This document shows, piece after piece, positions 54,401-63,333 of a stretch of 64,000 nt of DNA. Origin of the DNA: a virus. The translations under genes and the position numbers were made by a program. Within the stretch, counting starts at the first letter, position 1; each line of letters opens with the position of its first letter. The stretch spans positions 70,418 through 134,417 of the IMG/VR virus record IMGVR_UViG_3300044716_001642; one strand, 5' to 3'. The notes beneath the pieces were generated by a model that had not been told where the DNA came from, made no database searches, and saw nothing but the letters and a program-made list of their open reading frames with translations.

Positions 54401-57400
54401 CAAAGATTTTATTTGCTCGTCCAATCTTCCGCTTTTGATATCATCAATTAATTTAGCCAAAGTTTCTTTAAAATCCTTCGCTTCTCCAGCGAAGCCCTCA
54501 TTATATGCTAATGCTTTAATTTGTGGAATAATTTCTTGCAAACTCTGCTTGCCTTCGGTAGAAATACTGCCCTGCCTCATCGCATCCTCAATTGCGGTTA
54601 TCATAGTTCTATTACTCGTCGCACCAGAGGAAACACTCACATCAATATATCTACCGATATTAGATAAATCCTCTTTATTCAATCCAGAACCCGAAGCAAT
54701 TTGAGCTGCTAAATCCTTGCCAATGCCCTGTATCGACTTTTTGTCTGTTTTACCTTCCGCAAATTGTCCAAGAGCAAAAGCATCATTTTTTGCCTTTTGA
54801 ACAGTACCGAGATCTTTTAAAATTTTAGTATATTCCTCCTGCCCCTTTCCTTGAGCCACAGCAGAAACCAAAGCGGCTCTTTGACTATCGCTTAATTTTA
54901 ACAATAGTTTAGAATACTCGTCCTGAACTTTAATCAATTGGGGCGCGGCACTTGGATCGGTGGAATTTGCTAATTCAGCATACCTCTCCGAAAGATTCAA
55001 AATAGCCTGCCCAGTTTCACCAAATCTATTAAATTCACTAGATGCCGCTTCTGCAGCTTTTGATAGCTCTGGTAATTTAGAGTTATATGCTTTCATTCCT
55101 TGCGTGAATGCGACCGTTGCACCAACAGCAGCACCAATTGCAGTACCATAGACTGGAATAATAGACCCAAGCGAAGCAAAGCTAGCGATAGTGCCCAATC
55201 CAGAGGTAGCGGCAGATATACCTTTCGCAAGACCGCTTTCTTGTCCAGCAAACTGGGCACCAATGTCGCCCGCAGCCTGGGCAGCAAAACCTATAGATAA
55301 AGCATTATTTGATAGAAAATTTTTCGCTTTTCCACCGAAGCCCGTTTCTTTTTTCTTGGTAGAAAGATTTTGATTCGTAACCTCAGATTCTTTAATTTTT
55401 TCAGTTAATAATTCACGATTCTGCTTATTAATATCTAATATAGATTTAATTTCTTTTTTTATAGCTTCAGCCTGCTGATTTCTTATGTCTATTATTTTTT
55501 TATTATTTTCAGCAATTTTAGAATCCATCCCAGCGCTTAGTTGAGGATTTTTTAACTTAGCCTGCTCATATCCCTTATTTTCGTTTTCTAAAGCTTTAGT
55601 CTGTTTGACCGCCTCCGCGTTTCCTGCACCCATCTTTAGATCATTCCTGAGGGTCGCTAATTCCTTCTGCCGACTTTTTATTTCGGCTTTTCTATTTGCT
55701 ATTTCAGAATCTATTTTTTTTAGTTCACCTTGTAAAGAATTTATTTCGGAAGCTTCAGCTTCACTGCGGCCCAAGAAAGCGAAATTTGGCACAAAACCAG
55801 AAGACATTCCGCCGCCATAAGTTTTTGGATTGCGACCCTCCTTCTTTGCCCTTTTAATCCCCTGAATTCCTCCACCCGGCTCATCGCGCCTATTTGCCAC
55901 CATTAAGCCCATTGGGTTATTTTTATTCTTTAAAGAACTATGGCTATCAACATATATTTGACTCTTGGATAATCCAGATGATTGTTCTCTTGCAATTGCG
56001 TCATTAAGAGCGCTTGAGAAATTGGGAATAAAACCTGCCGAATGTTGTGTTTGAAGATCAACCCCAAGACCGCCATATTCATCAGCCTCTACATTGCCAA
56101 AGAAGCTCTGAAGCTTTTTAGGATCTTTTTTTAATTCATTTATTTTAGCATTAACAAAAGAAGAAAACTGATCGCGGGTCATTTTTTCAACAGTCATGCC
56201 CTTATGACCATATACTTCAAACACAGAACTTTTAGCCAAGTCTGCTCTTTTAATTTGCGGATAAAGAGTTTCAGCAGAGACGGGTTCGCCATTTTTTATT
56301 TTTTGCAGCAATCTATTCATCTGGGGGAGCAATTGCCCCTTCATCTTTTTCCCAGCATTTCTTCTTATTGCTTCCTTATAAAGTCCCGAGCCAATTCCCT
56401 TGCCCCGTTCGCCCTTATTAACAGAAAAATCACCAACATCTATTTGCCCTTTTTTATCTTCAGCATAACTAAATGACCCAACTTTTTTACCGCCCATTAT
56501 AGCTTGAATCTCGCTGAAGCCAAATTCATCTTTATCTTTATAAGAATATGAAATACCAGAAGTTTTTGCAAAATTAGGAACAAAACCAGAAGAGGAAGAG
56601 GATGCAAGACCATTAACATCCACCCATTTTTTCAATGCGCTTTTTAAATTATCTGGAGTTCTTGATATTTTAGCTTCGTATTGCCCTGGGGCGTTATGGA
56701 AAAACTTTTTAAGCTCAGGTGTTGGAGCCGGAAAATCTATCCTTTGCGTTTGACTTATCGCTGGAGCATTAAACGCTTTTCTTAAAGCAGTTTCAAAAAC
56801 TGTACCAGCGGCAGACCCAACAGATCCAGCGTTATCCAATGAAGAGGCATCCGTTATTTGCTCTGTTCCACCAAAAGTTTTAATTATATTATTAGTAGCG
56901 CTAACCAATGCGTCACCCACTACTCCCTTAATCCCATATCTTTGCAAATTGGTTCCAGCAGTGTTTAGTCCAGCCGTCGCTATTTTAGCATCAAACAGTT
57001 TATTCCCAGCCTCCAGCGAAACATCAGCCGAACTAAGACCCTGATTTCCACCATGAACCATTGTATACCTATCTGATAAATCGAGTTTTTTTACATCAAG
57101 GTTTTTTTTCTTTGCGGTTTTTTCTTTATCAGTGGCTCGCATTGTTGTACCACCACCATACATAGCCTTAAATTTGCTCCCCATTGATGCAAAATTTGGG
57201 ACAAATCCAGAAGACATAGATTCCTTTATAGCGGAAGCAAAAATCAAATTTGGAGAAACAACATCTCTGCCATTATTTTTAAAAGTTTTTTTGGCAGAAG
57301 AATAAGCTGCACCTCTTAATGCTTTCTCTAGCAATTTTTTCTCTGATATCTTCTTTTGAAGAATCTTTACCTCAGCAAAAATATCTCCCTTTTTAAAATC

Positions 57401-59689
57401 TGGACCAACATAATCTTCTAATTTAGAAAAATCAGGATTATTATAAAAAAAATCTCTTTCGCCAAGCGCCCCCACTATTGGATTTATAGCATTTTCAGAA
57501 AAAGGTTTATCAAAATAATCTTTATTTAATTTTTTTCCGAATCCCCCAGGAATTCTTTTCATTAAATACTTATTTGCTTCATTTATATTTTGACCAGAAT
57601 TATTATAAACCCCTCTGGCTTCTTCAAAAATTGACCTTCCCTCTTGTCTATATTCTTCGTATTTTTTTGGCAGGCTCTGATATTTTAAAATTGCAGAATC
57701 ATCATACATGTCAAAAACCGGACCAGTATCATAAAGACCCCTTAAAGATGATCCAGACTTAAAGACGGATGCTATTCTTTTTTCAGCAAAATTAGGAATG
57801 AATCCATTTGCGGCATATTGAGTATTTTCACCAAATCCATTCGGCGGACGAACTATTGTGGCTTTTTTACCAGCAGCATTAGTAAAGGTCTTTACATCTT
57901 CTTTATTATTAACAAAAGATTTAAAGGACTTTCCATTACCATCGTGAATGGTTGTTTTTTTAGCCTTACCAGCCCTATAGCCATGCTCTCTAGCGCCAGC
58001 ATTTTCCATTGCCTGACCAACCGCCATGTCTGTGGCAAAACTTGGAATATATCCAGATGCCGCAACTTTTGTTTTTTTAACGGGCGCGGTCATTGGTATA
58101 CCAGAAGCCCCAACGGAAACACCCTTCATTGCCAAATTAGCGCCTATAACCTTACTCAATCTTTCCTGTTCTCTTAAAATATTTGATTGCGCGGTCAAAT
58201 AATCCAACATTTGCTTTTCAGCCTGAACAGTTGTCATTTTGCCAGCTAATATTTGACTAGTAAATTGGCTGTTCTTCTGTAAGATGCTCAGTATACTTTG
58301 TTCTATCGCCGCCTGTTGCTGCGCAGCCTTATTTGTTCCAAGCAATTCTTTAGCTGAACCAGCGGCAAACTGCCCAAGCCTAGCAAATAGTTTTACTAAA
58401 ACCGCTGTTGCTAAAACAGCACCCGGCCCACTTATAAAATTACTAACACCTTTGAAAAATCCCTCCATTAATTTTCCACCAGCGCTCTCTGAATCTATAT
58501 TATTAAAAGATTCTAACAAATTATTAAATCCAGACAAAAATCCTTTGGCATTTGGCTCAAAAACAATTGTTCCAATTTTATTTGCCGCTTCTTCTAGACT
58601 TGCTACAGTTTGAGCAGAAAGAGCAGATACAGTTTTATTTAAAAGTTCATTTCTTCTAATAGCCTGATCAGTAGATCCTAAAGAAGTTTGTAAGGCTTGC
58701 CCATATATACTATATTCTTTTCCAAGGTCAGCGAGGGCGGCTTTTAAAATGTTAATTTGAAAAACGCCGCCAACTTGCTCCGCCACAGCGGATTTTTGTG
58801 CAGCTCCCAACGTATCATAAGTAGAAGCCAGTTGTTGAAGCAAACTAACTGCACTTTGCCCCTCGGAAGTATTCACTCCAAGCGATCCAAGCAAGTCCTG
58901 AACTTTTCCACGTTGTAAACGCGTAAAAATCGTTTTAAACGAGTTACCAATAACAGCGCCACCACGGGCGGTTGTTTGTTGCGCAGAAGTAACTAAAGCA
59001 ATTAATTCATCCAATGAAACGCCAGCGTCAACAGCGGTAGAGCCAACTCGACTAATAGCGTTAGCCAAATCAGCTGAGCTAACAGCAAAAGCCGCATCGA
59101 CGTTTGCTAATTTATTAACAACCTCAACCGCATCTAAAGCCGATCCAGAAAACGAATTCAAGGTAGCTGTTAACGCCTCAACGCTAGATTTGGCATCTAA
59201 ACCGCTCAACCTTGTTAAAATAAGAGCGGCATTGGTTCTTTTTAATGTCTCCTCAACTCCCAAGCCTTGACGAGAAAGCTCTGTCGCCGCCGCAGCAACC
59301 TCTGAAAAAGATTGAGCTGTATTTCTAGCTATATCAAAAAGACTACCGCCAAATTTTTCCAAACTAGAAGAGGAAAGATTGAGCAACACGTTAACATCAG
59401 CCAACTGCTTTTGAACATTTATTGTTGAAGAAATTAAAGATGAGAGAGCTTTTTCTACGGCAAAAATCGCACCAGCAGATGCACCGAAAGCCACAACGCG
59501 GGCATTAGACGCTTCTAAACTTTTATTGAATTCAGAAACCTGCCCAGTTATTCTTCCAAGAGCCTGAGAACTTTTCTTCGTATTGATTTGTGAAAGTTCA
59601 ACAGTTTGAAGAGCCTTCAGGATATCTCTCTCCATACCCCTGGTATTTGCTCTTACATCAATAGTTGCCGTAGTTAAATTGTCAGCCAT
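51494..59689 (-). CDS. Tail tape measure protein (2731 aa) with an internal motif-delimited module array
   Basis: TP901-like core (ELSRQGLG...SLDELIALVTSAQQTTARGGAVIGNSFKTIFTRL), long coiled-coil and Gly/Ala hydrophobic segments, position after chaperone-like genes. Confidence 0.9.
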   Translation of the reverse strand: MADNLTTATIDVRANTRGMERDILKALQTVELSQINTKKSSQALGRITGQVSEFNKSLEASNARVVAFGASAGAIFAVEKALSSLISSTINVQKQLADVNVLLNLSSSSLEKFGGSLFDIARNTAQSFSEVAAAATELSRQGLGVEETLKRTNAALILTRLSGLDAKSSVEALTATLNSFSGSALDAVEVVNKLANVDAAFAVSSADLANAISRVGSTAVDAGVSLDELIALVTSAQQTTARGGAVIGNSFKTIFTRLQRGKVQDLLGSLGVNTSEGQSAVSLLQQLASTYDTLGAAQKSAVAEQVGGVFQINILKAALADLGKEYSIYGQALQTSLGSTDQAIRRNELLNKTVSALSAQTVASLEEAANKIGTIVFEPNAKGFLSGFNNLLESFNNIDSESAGGKLMEGFFKGVSNFISGPGAVLATAVLVKLFARLGQFAAGSAKELLGTNKAAQQQAAIEQSILSILQKNSQFTSQILAGKMTTVQAEKQMLDYLTAQSNILREQERLSKVIGANLAMKGVSVGASGIPMTAPVKKTKVAASGYIPSFATDMAVGQAMENAGAREHGYRAGKAKKTTIHDGNGKSFKSFVNNKEDVKTFTNAAGKKATIVRPPNGFGENTQYAANGFIPNFAEKRIASVFKSGSSLRGLYDTGPVFDMYDDSAILKYQSLPKKYEEYRQEGRSIFEEARGVYNNSGQNINEANKYLMKRIPGGFGKKLNKDYFDKPFSENAINPIVGALGERDFFYNNPDFSKLEDYVGPDFKKGDIFAEVKILQKKISEKKLLEKALRGAAYSSAKKTFKNNGRDVVSPNLIFASAIKESMSSGFVPNFASMGSKFKAMYGGGTTMRATDKEKTAKKKNLDVKKLDLSDRYTMVHGGNQGLSSADVSLEAGNKLFDAKIATAGLNTAGTNLQRYGIKGVVGDALVSATNNIIKTFGGTEQITDASSLDNAGSVGSAAGTVFETALRKAFNAPAISQTQRIDFPAPTPELKKFFHNAPGQYEAKISRTPDNLKSALKKWVDVNGLASSSSSGFVPNFAKTSGISYSYKDKDEFGFSEIQAIMGGKKVGSFSYAEDKKGQIDVGDFSVNKGERGKGIGSGLYKEAIRRNAGKKMKGQLLPQMNRLLQKIKNGEPVSAETLYPQIKRADLAKSSVFEVYGHKGMTVEKMTRDQFSSFVNAKINELKKDPKKLQSFFGNVEADEYGGLGVDLQTQHSAGFIPNFSSALNDAIAREQSSGLSKSQIYVDSHSSLKNKNNPMGLMVANRRDEPGGGIQGIKRAKKEGRNPKTYGGGMSSGFVPNFAFLGRSEAEASEINSLQGELKKIDSEIANRKAEIKSRQKELATLRNDLKMGAGNAEAVKQTKALENENKGYEQAKLKNPQLSAGMDSKIAENNKKIIDIRNQQAEAIKKEIKSILDINKQNRELLTEKIKESEVTNQNLSTKKKETGFGGKAKNFLSNNALSIGFAAQAAGDIGAQFAGQESGLAKGISAATSGLGTIASFASLGSIIPVYGTAIGAAVGATVAFTQGMKAYNSKLPELSKAAEAASSEFNRFGETGQAILNLSERYAELANSTDPSAAPQLIKVQDEYSKLLLKLSDSQRAALVSAVAQGKGQEEYTKILKDLGTVQKAKNDAFALGQFAEGKTDKKSIQGIGKDLAAQIASGSGLNKEDLSNIGRYIDVSVSSGATSNRTMITAIEDAMRQGSISTEGKQSLQEIIPQIKALAYNEGFAGEAKDFKETLAKLIDDIKSGRLDEQIKSLQENQKRAAAAERARKDLLDKNNQILLNLSSGLEDASNRTQVAIDSFIDSLKFKAEFEQKRGDFRSSFFDQAGAGRAGKSEKLAAEITAIKNQGQIERTNILAESGKNIAEEFSSVIQALQLNDSGLAGDALAQAEQDFKSKKLQLQGNVQAAQTDFYKSGDIAKFQDALSSITAEFKKGGVQESNITLTEIDKLDNTSKSGFSKLDQNLQKGNRDQEKQLALLAQSNAYQEALVKLTEAQNFLGGASSQDVLTGNVDVVNTIRETQSAMNIAGQSSKNNSNVSKSKNGEYFFQTSPGKWEKPNADISNQIIQNAKATNEAFGAPIMALDNKKVSAATQTLADEYQKIMNEKMAEFGYEEDVKNKTFKPSFGQKKNVEAERAISQFNSIIPEKDRGKVRASEVYAKSRVNKELGVPETLKGNIVEKQLESYANAAFAPKKGASGQEKQNLAEMKAAYEKMAPDKGLGILQLTQSTKQTDLLSTINESILGQSDSLTTSIGASISSSIGAAIEKFKNEEENLKIGQLLDTEESLAGQSSNIDAKIEKLKQQGADSSPENFFPGGKYSNPAAVAAIDEAVGTGQDLNKIYAETSNATRDEYIDKNLKASGYMVSQSEYKNKYGKTGSFDERQREYVGNEYDRKKLIANELARREKAQKGSENIQNEIKRLESERGVIEGEKQKITKQITPEQRTKFEKSVDGKNKSGIPLATQPAATLIQPIVDATQPTPATTTPASRAISQASDSANKAKILQKFKNDEINSFMDQYTKFDKEGNVTFDPRTGFESQDQQDEFNKKYMALKKLQTTYTLADDSTTAPNAASDNLNSNTKQTLPASSAIPPSAPTPTQNDNKNGKPQPAPQQNTPENTAQLISNILQVVQKIATDFEQKAAGAQPGAISGTGSGNAPVSVSAPVNLSINSTAGENKTEVTNVADKIKTDLTAFLSSAEFIERVTTIAKQATGDKQPPKQMV
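55778..58063 (-). repeat. Six dispersed copies of the protein motif xxxG(F/Y)(I/V)P(N/S)F(A/S) within the tape measure protein
   Basis: Copies at 58034-58063, 57785-57814, 57188-57217, 56567-56596, 56015-56044 and 55778-55807. Confidence 0.92.
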
Positions 59690-59753
59690 ATCCTTTTAAT
59701 TCCGAAAAGTTACCTTGTATCAATAATTTTACACATAATCACATATTCATTCT

Positions 59754-60803
59754 CTATTTTATTTTAAGATTATCTGTTTTTCTAACAACTTGATTTATAT
59801 CCATTTCTCCACCAGAATTTTTAGCCTCCGAAAGTAAATCAGAACCCTCAGTTGCAACGCCGCCAATTCCCAATTTTTTATAATCCGAGGCACTTGCCCC
59901 CACAATAGAACTTATTCTGCCGCTTCTTTCTCCCTTGGTTTTATTTTTATTTGGCGTTCTATCCAAAATTTGTTTAGCCCTAGCGGTTGACCCACTTCCA
60001 CCTTCGCACCACTCTATTAAACTTTCTGGATTGCTCAATATGTAGTCTGGTATCTGCTCCGTGGCATTGTTAATAGATCTCCTATAACTAGATGCGTATG
60101 AAAATAAATCTGCTTGATTAACCGTTAAAGAAACAACAGGCTTTCCATAAAAATCAAAAGCCGACATCTCTTTTCCACACAACATCAATAAATTTTGAAA
60201 AAATCCAGTAGCCGCCAGATATTTTATATTTTCTAATTTTAAAAAAGAAATAATATCCAATACGTTACTCCATATATCATTATACGCATCTTCATCTATT
60301 TCAAGAAAGTAATCTGGATTTTCAACAAATGGTTCTAAAAAATCACCATCTTTAAACAGCGAACAATATAAATAAAACTTATTATAATATTTATCGGCAT
60401 ATTCTTCAGCCGTCATTGGAATAATAGTTCTTCTTTCTGCCAAAACTAAATTAAGCTTCTCTTGCTCTTCTATAATTGTTCTAGCAACCTGCTCTTTTTG
60501 AGACGGCAGGATAAGTTTTCCCTTGCTTTTTTTTAAACTTTCAATAAAAGACGACAAGGTTCTAATTTCATCTTCTTTCGACTTAGACCACCAACCCTTA
60601 TCAATATAAAACTCTAGATACTCTTTTTCTGTTTTGATACCGTTATCTCTTGCGACAGATATTCCAAGATTGTACTTATCTTTTAATTTGACTCTATCAA
60701 AATAAAGGTGATGTTTAAAATAGCATTCTTTATTGTCTATAATAAGCCTCTCGTATCCAGCGCATATTTTGGAATAGAGTCGTTGTATTTCATCAAATTC
60801 CAT
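59754..60803 (-). CDS. Putative tail assembly chaperone-like protein (349 aa)
   Basis: Position immediately upstream of the tape measure gene; helical. Confidence 0.55.
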   Translation of the reverse strand: MEFDEIQRLYSKICAGYERLIIDNKECYFKHHLYFDRVKLKDKYNLGISVARDNGIKTEKEYLEFYIDKGWWSKSKEDEIRTLSSFIESLKKSKGKLILPSQKEQVARTIIEEQEKLNLVLAERRTIIPMTAEEYADKYYNKFYLYCSLFKDGDFLEPFVENPDYFLEIDEDAYNDIWSNVLDIISFLKLENIKYLAATGFFQNLLMLCGKEMSAFDFYGKPVVSLTVNQADLFSYASSYRRSINNATEQIPDYILSNPESLIEWCEGGSGSTARAKQILDRTPNKNKTKGERSGRISSIVGASASDYKKLGIGGVATEGSDLLSEAKNSGGEMDINQVVRKTDNLKIK

Positions 60804-60832
60804 AATTCATAGCGCAAGCCGCGCTAAATTAA

Positions 60833-61663
60833 TTACAAACTTGCTTCAGTAAAATTAACAACTTGAATCTCGTCGACAAAAACCGACGAAGGAGCTTCAA
60901 CTTCAACCTTTACATCCTCAACAGCTTCAACTCTATCTTCTAATTTTTCGGGTTCTGCAAGAGCTTCCTGCTCCGATTTGATTCTATTAACATACTCCTC
61001 ATCAAGCGACTTGAAATCCTCAAAAGACGAGGCGCTTCCAAGATACCATACAGTTATAAGATAATTAATTCTAGAAAAAACATCTGTTAAAAACTCATCA
61101 CTCTCAACAATTAATTCGTAATTATCCAGTCTTTCATCAACTGAACCAGCGCCAAGAATAAACATATTCACACCATCTTCCAATTCTTCAGCCGCCAATG
61201 TAGCCGCCCACCAAACAATTGTGCGATTTCTGGCTTTTGCTTCTGCCGTATTCTCAAACGCATTAATTTGAGACATCTCAAGTTCTTGCATTCTTTTTCT
61301 AGCTTCAATAGCTTGACCTTCCAACACCTCTATCTTGAATTGCTCTTGCTCTGTTCTATCTTTTTCCAATTTAACAGAAAGAGAGTTGATCGAATTTCTT
61401 AACTCAGCAAGTTGAATAAACAAGTCGGAGTATTCCTTCTTGTCAGTTTCTGAAATAATGCCGCCGTTGTCTTTGAAAATCTTGTCCCAAACGATCTTTG
61501 GAAGAATTCCAGAAGAAATAAATTGAGAAAGTTTTGAAGCATAATAAAGCTCACCGTCTTCTTTCATCTTTCTTGTAGGCTTTAGAATGCAAAATTTCCT
61601 ATCCTTTCCCTGCGCGTCAGTTGAATTGAATGAATATAAATGTTTACCTTGTTTGTTTGTCAT
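60833..61663 (-). CDS. Putative tail assembly chaperone-like protein (276 aa)
   Basis: Between the tail tube-like and tape measure genes; helical with an acidic tail. Confidence 0.55.
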   Translation of the reverse strand: MTNKQGKHLYSFNSTDAQGKDRKFCILKPTRKMKEDGELYYASKLSQFISSGILPKIVWDKIFKDNGGIISETDKKEYSDLFIQLAELRNSINSLSVKLEKDRTEQEQFKIEVLEGQAIEARKRMQELEMSQINAFENTAEAKARNRTIVWWAATLAAEELEDGVNMFILGAGSVDERLDNYELIVESDEFLTDVFSRINYLITVWYLGSASSFEDFKSLDEEYVNRIKSEQEALAEPEKLEDRVEAVEDVKVEVEAPSSVFVDEIQVVNFTEASL

Positions 61664-61717
61664 AATTTTCCTTTTTACCTTTTCGTGAGTTTTATTTTTA
61701 AATCAATTTTATTATAA

Positions 61718-61951
61718 TTAAACTAATTCTAAATTCGAAAAAATCGAATCAATTTGTTCATTAATATTTCTCAGGGCAGAATTACCTTTATCCAAAATTT
61801 CTTTTCTTTTCGAGTTATATTCATCTTCTGATATAGCGCCCCTATTCATTAATTCTTCCACATACAGCAAGTGAGAAATAAAAACATACTTCACTTCTTT
61901 CTCAACTTTTTGCGAAAGAAATTTATCAAAATAAAATTCAAATTTTTGCAT
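61718..61951 (-). CDS. Hypothetical protein with SHOCT-like motif
   Basis: EELMNRGAISEDEYNSKRKEIL. Confidence 0.6.
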   Translation of the reverse strand: MQKFEFYFDKFLSQKVEKEVKYVFISHLLYVEELMNRGAISEDEYNSKRKEILDKGNSALRNINEQIDSIFSNLELV

Positions 61952-62046
61952 AAAACCAATAACCTTTTAAAACCTTTTAAATTACCATTAACCGACAATT
62001 ACCTACAATCTATTACACCATTATAAAAAATAATAGAACAACATAC

Positions 62047-62077
62047 AAAAAAAGAGCCGATTTTACTCGGCTCTTTT
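62047..62077 (-). terminator. Rho-independent terminator (probably bidirectional)
   Basis: AAAAGAGCCGA-TTTTAC-TCGGCTCTTTT hairpin with a T-run on the minus strand, just after the 62101 stop. Confidence 0.85.
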
Positions 62078-62100
62078 CTTGTATTAATTTAATATGTTAT

Positions 62101-63195
62101 TTACGCTGGATAGCTACCAGAAATAAATACACCCTTTGTTAAGTCTTCTGGACCGCTGATACTTGCTTCGTACTCAAGAGTGACAGAAGCGTTGTCACCG
62201 ATTGAAGTAGAAACGTTTTCAGACAATAATTTAGCCCCCTTGATTTGTGCCAAAATTGCCGGAGCACCAGCCCCAGAACAATCATTCTTCTTAAGAGTAA
62301 TTGCTATATCATAAAATCCAGTTTCGCAAAGAAGATCAGCTAAATTGAAATCACTCAAATCACCCATTTGAGCCTCGACAGAAAGCGAAGCGGTAATAGG
62401 AAAATCAATTTCTCTACTGAATGGAAAACGGCTTCCAAGTTTTTCAATTGGAGTTCTGCCCAAATCAGTTGATAAAGTAAAACTTTGAATTTTTATATCA
62501 CTAGAATCAAAACCTTTAACTTGATTATTTGTCAAAGCAAAAGTAATATCACCAGGTCTAAGAACTGTAACCTGGCTGCTATTGTCATTTTGCGTAGCCA
62601 CTGGAAGTTTAAAATAAGATCCTGTAATCTTGGTTCCACTAGCTGCGTTAATTGACGGAACTGGGCTTATTGCAGTAGCTTGCGAATAAACTGCAAAGTT
62701 GAGAGCCTCGAAGTCGGCGCTAGCAGTCGGGACATCTCCAACTGAAGCTTCTAAAGAATAAGATGTTAAAAAGCAATTACCAACGCCGAAAACGCCAGTT
62801 TTCACATTGCTGTAATTAACAGCATCGCTTCCTTCGTTCGCAACTGTCAAGAAATAATTCTTTTCATCTGTTTCTTTCTTAAGAATACCAGATAATAATG
62901 CGGTTGGCGCAGCACCAGAAGCACACACACTAAGACCAATATATTTTTCATTTGATCCGTCTGTCGGATACCACGAAGTACTCATGTTCACAGTAGGGGC
63001 TTCAACCTCGATACGATCGATAGCAGCAAGTTGACCATACTGGTTAATATCAGTGAAATTTCTTGAAAAATCAGAGTCCCAACTTTGAACTCGCGTAAGT
63101 TGTTTTATTGTGCCGTCACCGGTATGCATTGCGGCAACGCCAGTTTGTCCAGCATAAAGAGCCAGACTTTGATATATGATACGATTTCTTGCCAT
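62101..63195 (-). CDS. Putative major tail (tube) protein (364 aa)
   Basis: Beta-rich; own upstream motif and strong terminator; tube-chaperones-tape measure gene order. Confidence 0.6.
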   Translation of the reverse strand: MARNRIIYQSLALYAGQTGVAAMHTGDGTIKQLTRVQSWDSDFSRNFTDINQYGQLAAIDRIEVEAPTVNMSTSWYPTDGSNEKYIGLSVCASGAAPTALLSGILKKETDEKNYFLTVANEGSDAVNYSNVKTGVFGVGNCFLTSYSLEASVGDVPTASADFEALNFAVYSQATAISPVPSINAASGTKITGSYFKLPVATQNDNSSQVTVLRPGDITFALTNNQVKGFDSSDIKIQSFTLSTDLGRTPIEKLGSRFPFSREIDFPITASLSVEAQMGDLSDFNLADLLCETGFYDIAITLKKNDCSGAGAPAILAQIKGAKLLSENVSTSIGDNASVTLEYEASISGPEDLTKGVFISGSYPA

Positions 63196-63333
63196 AATTT
63201 TATTTTATTAATTGTTTAGTTTGAAAATTAAGATACCTTATATTACATTTCTAACATTATTATGAGAATATTATTTTACTTTATAATAAATAAAGCCGTT
63301 GTCGCTTTGGTTATTAAATTTTAATTAAGCCTA

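Noticed and set aside
13227-58613. Numerous + strand ORFs of 60-170 aa antisense to long minus-strand genes
   Set aside because: They lie fully opposite well-supported genes, have no recognisable motifs and are expected by chance.
60803-60835. Lambda G/GT-type programmed frameshift joining the two chaperone-like genes
   Set aside because: The downstream frame has an in-frame TGA (60809-60807) just before its ATG and no slippery heptamer is evident. A TAGCGC-N5-GCGCTA hairpin (60810-60826) is present, but its role is unclear.
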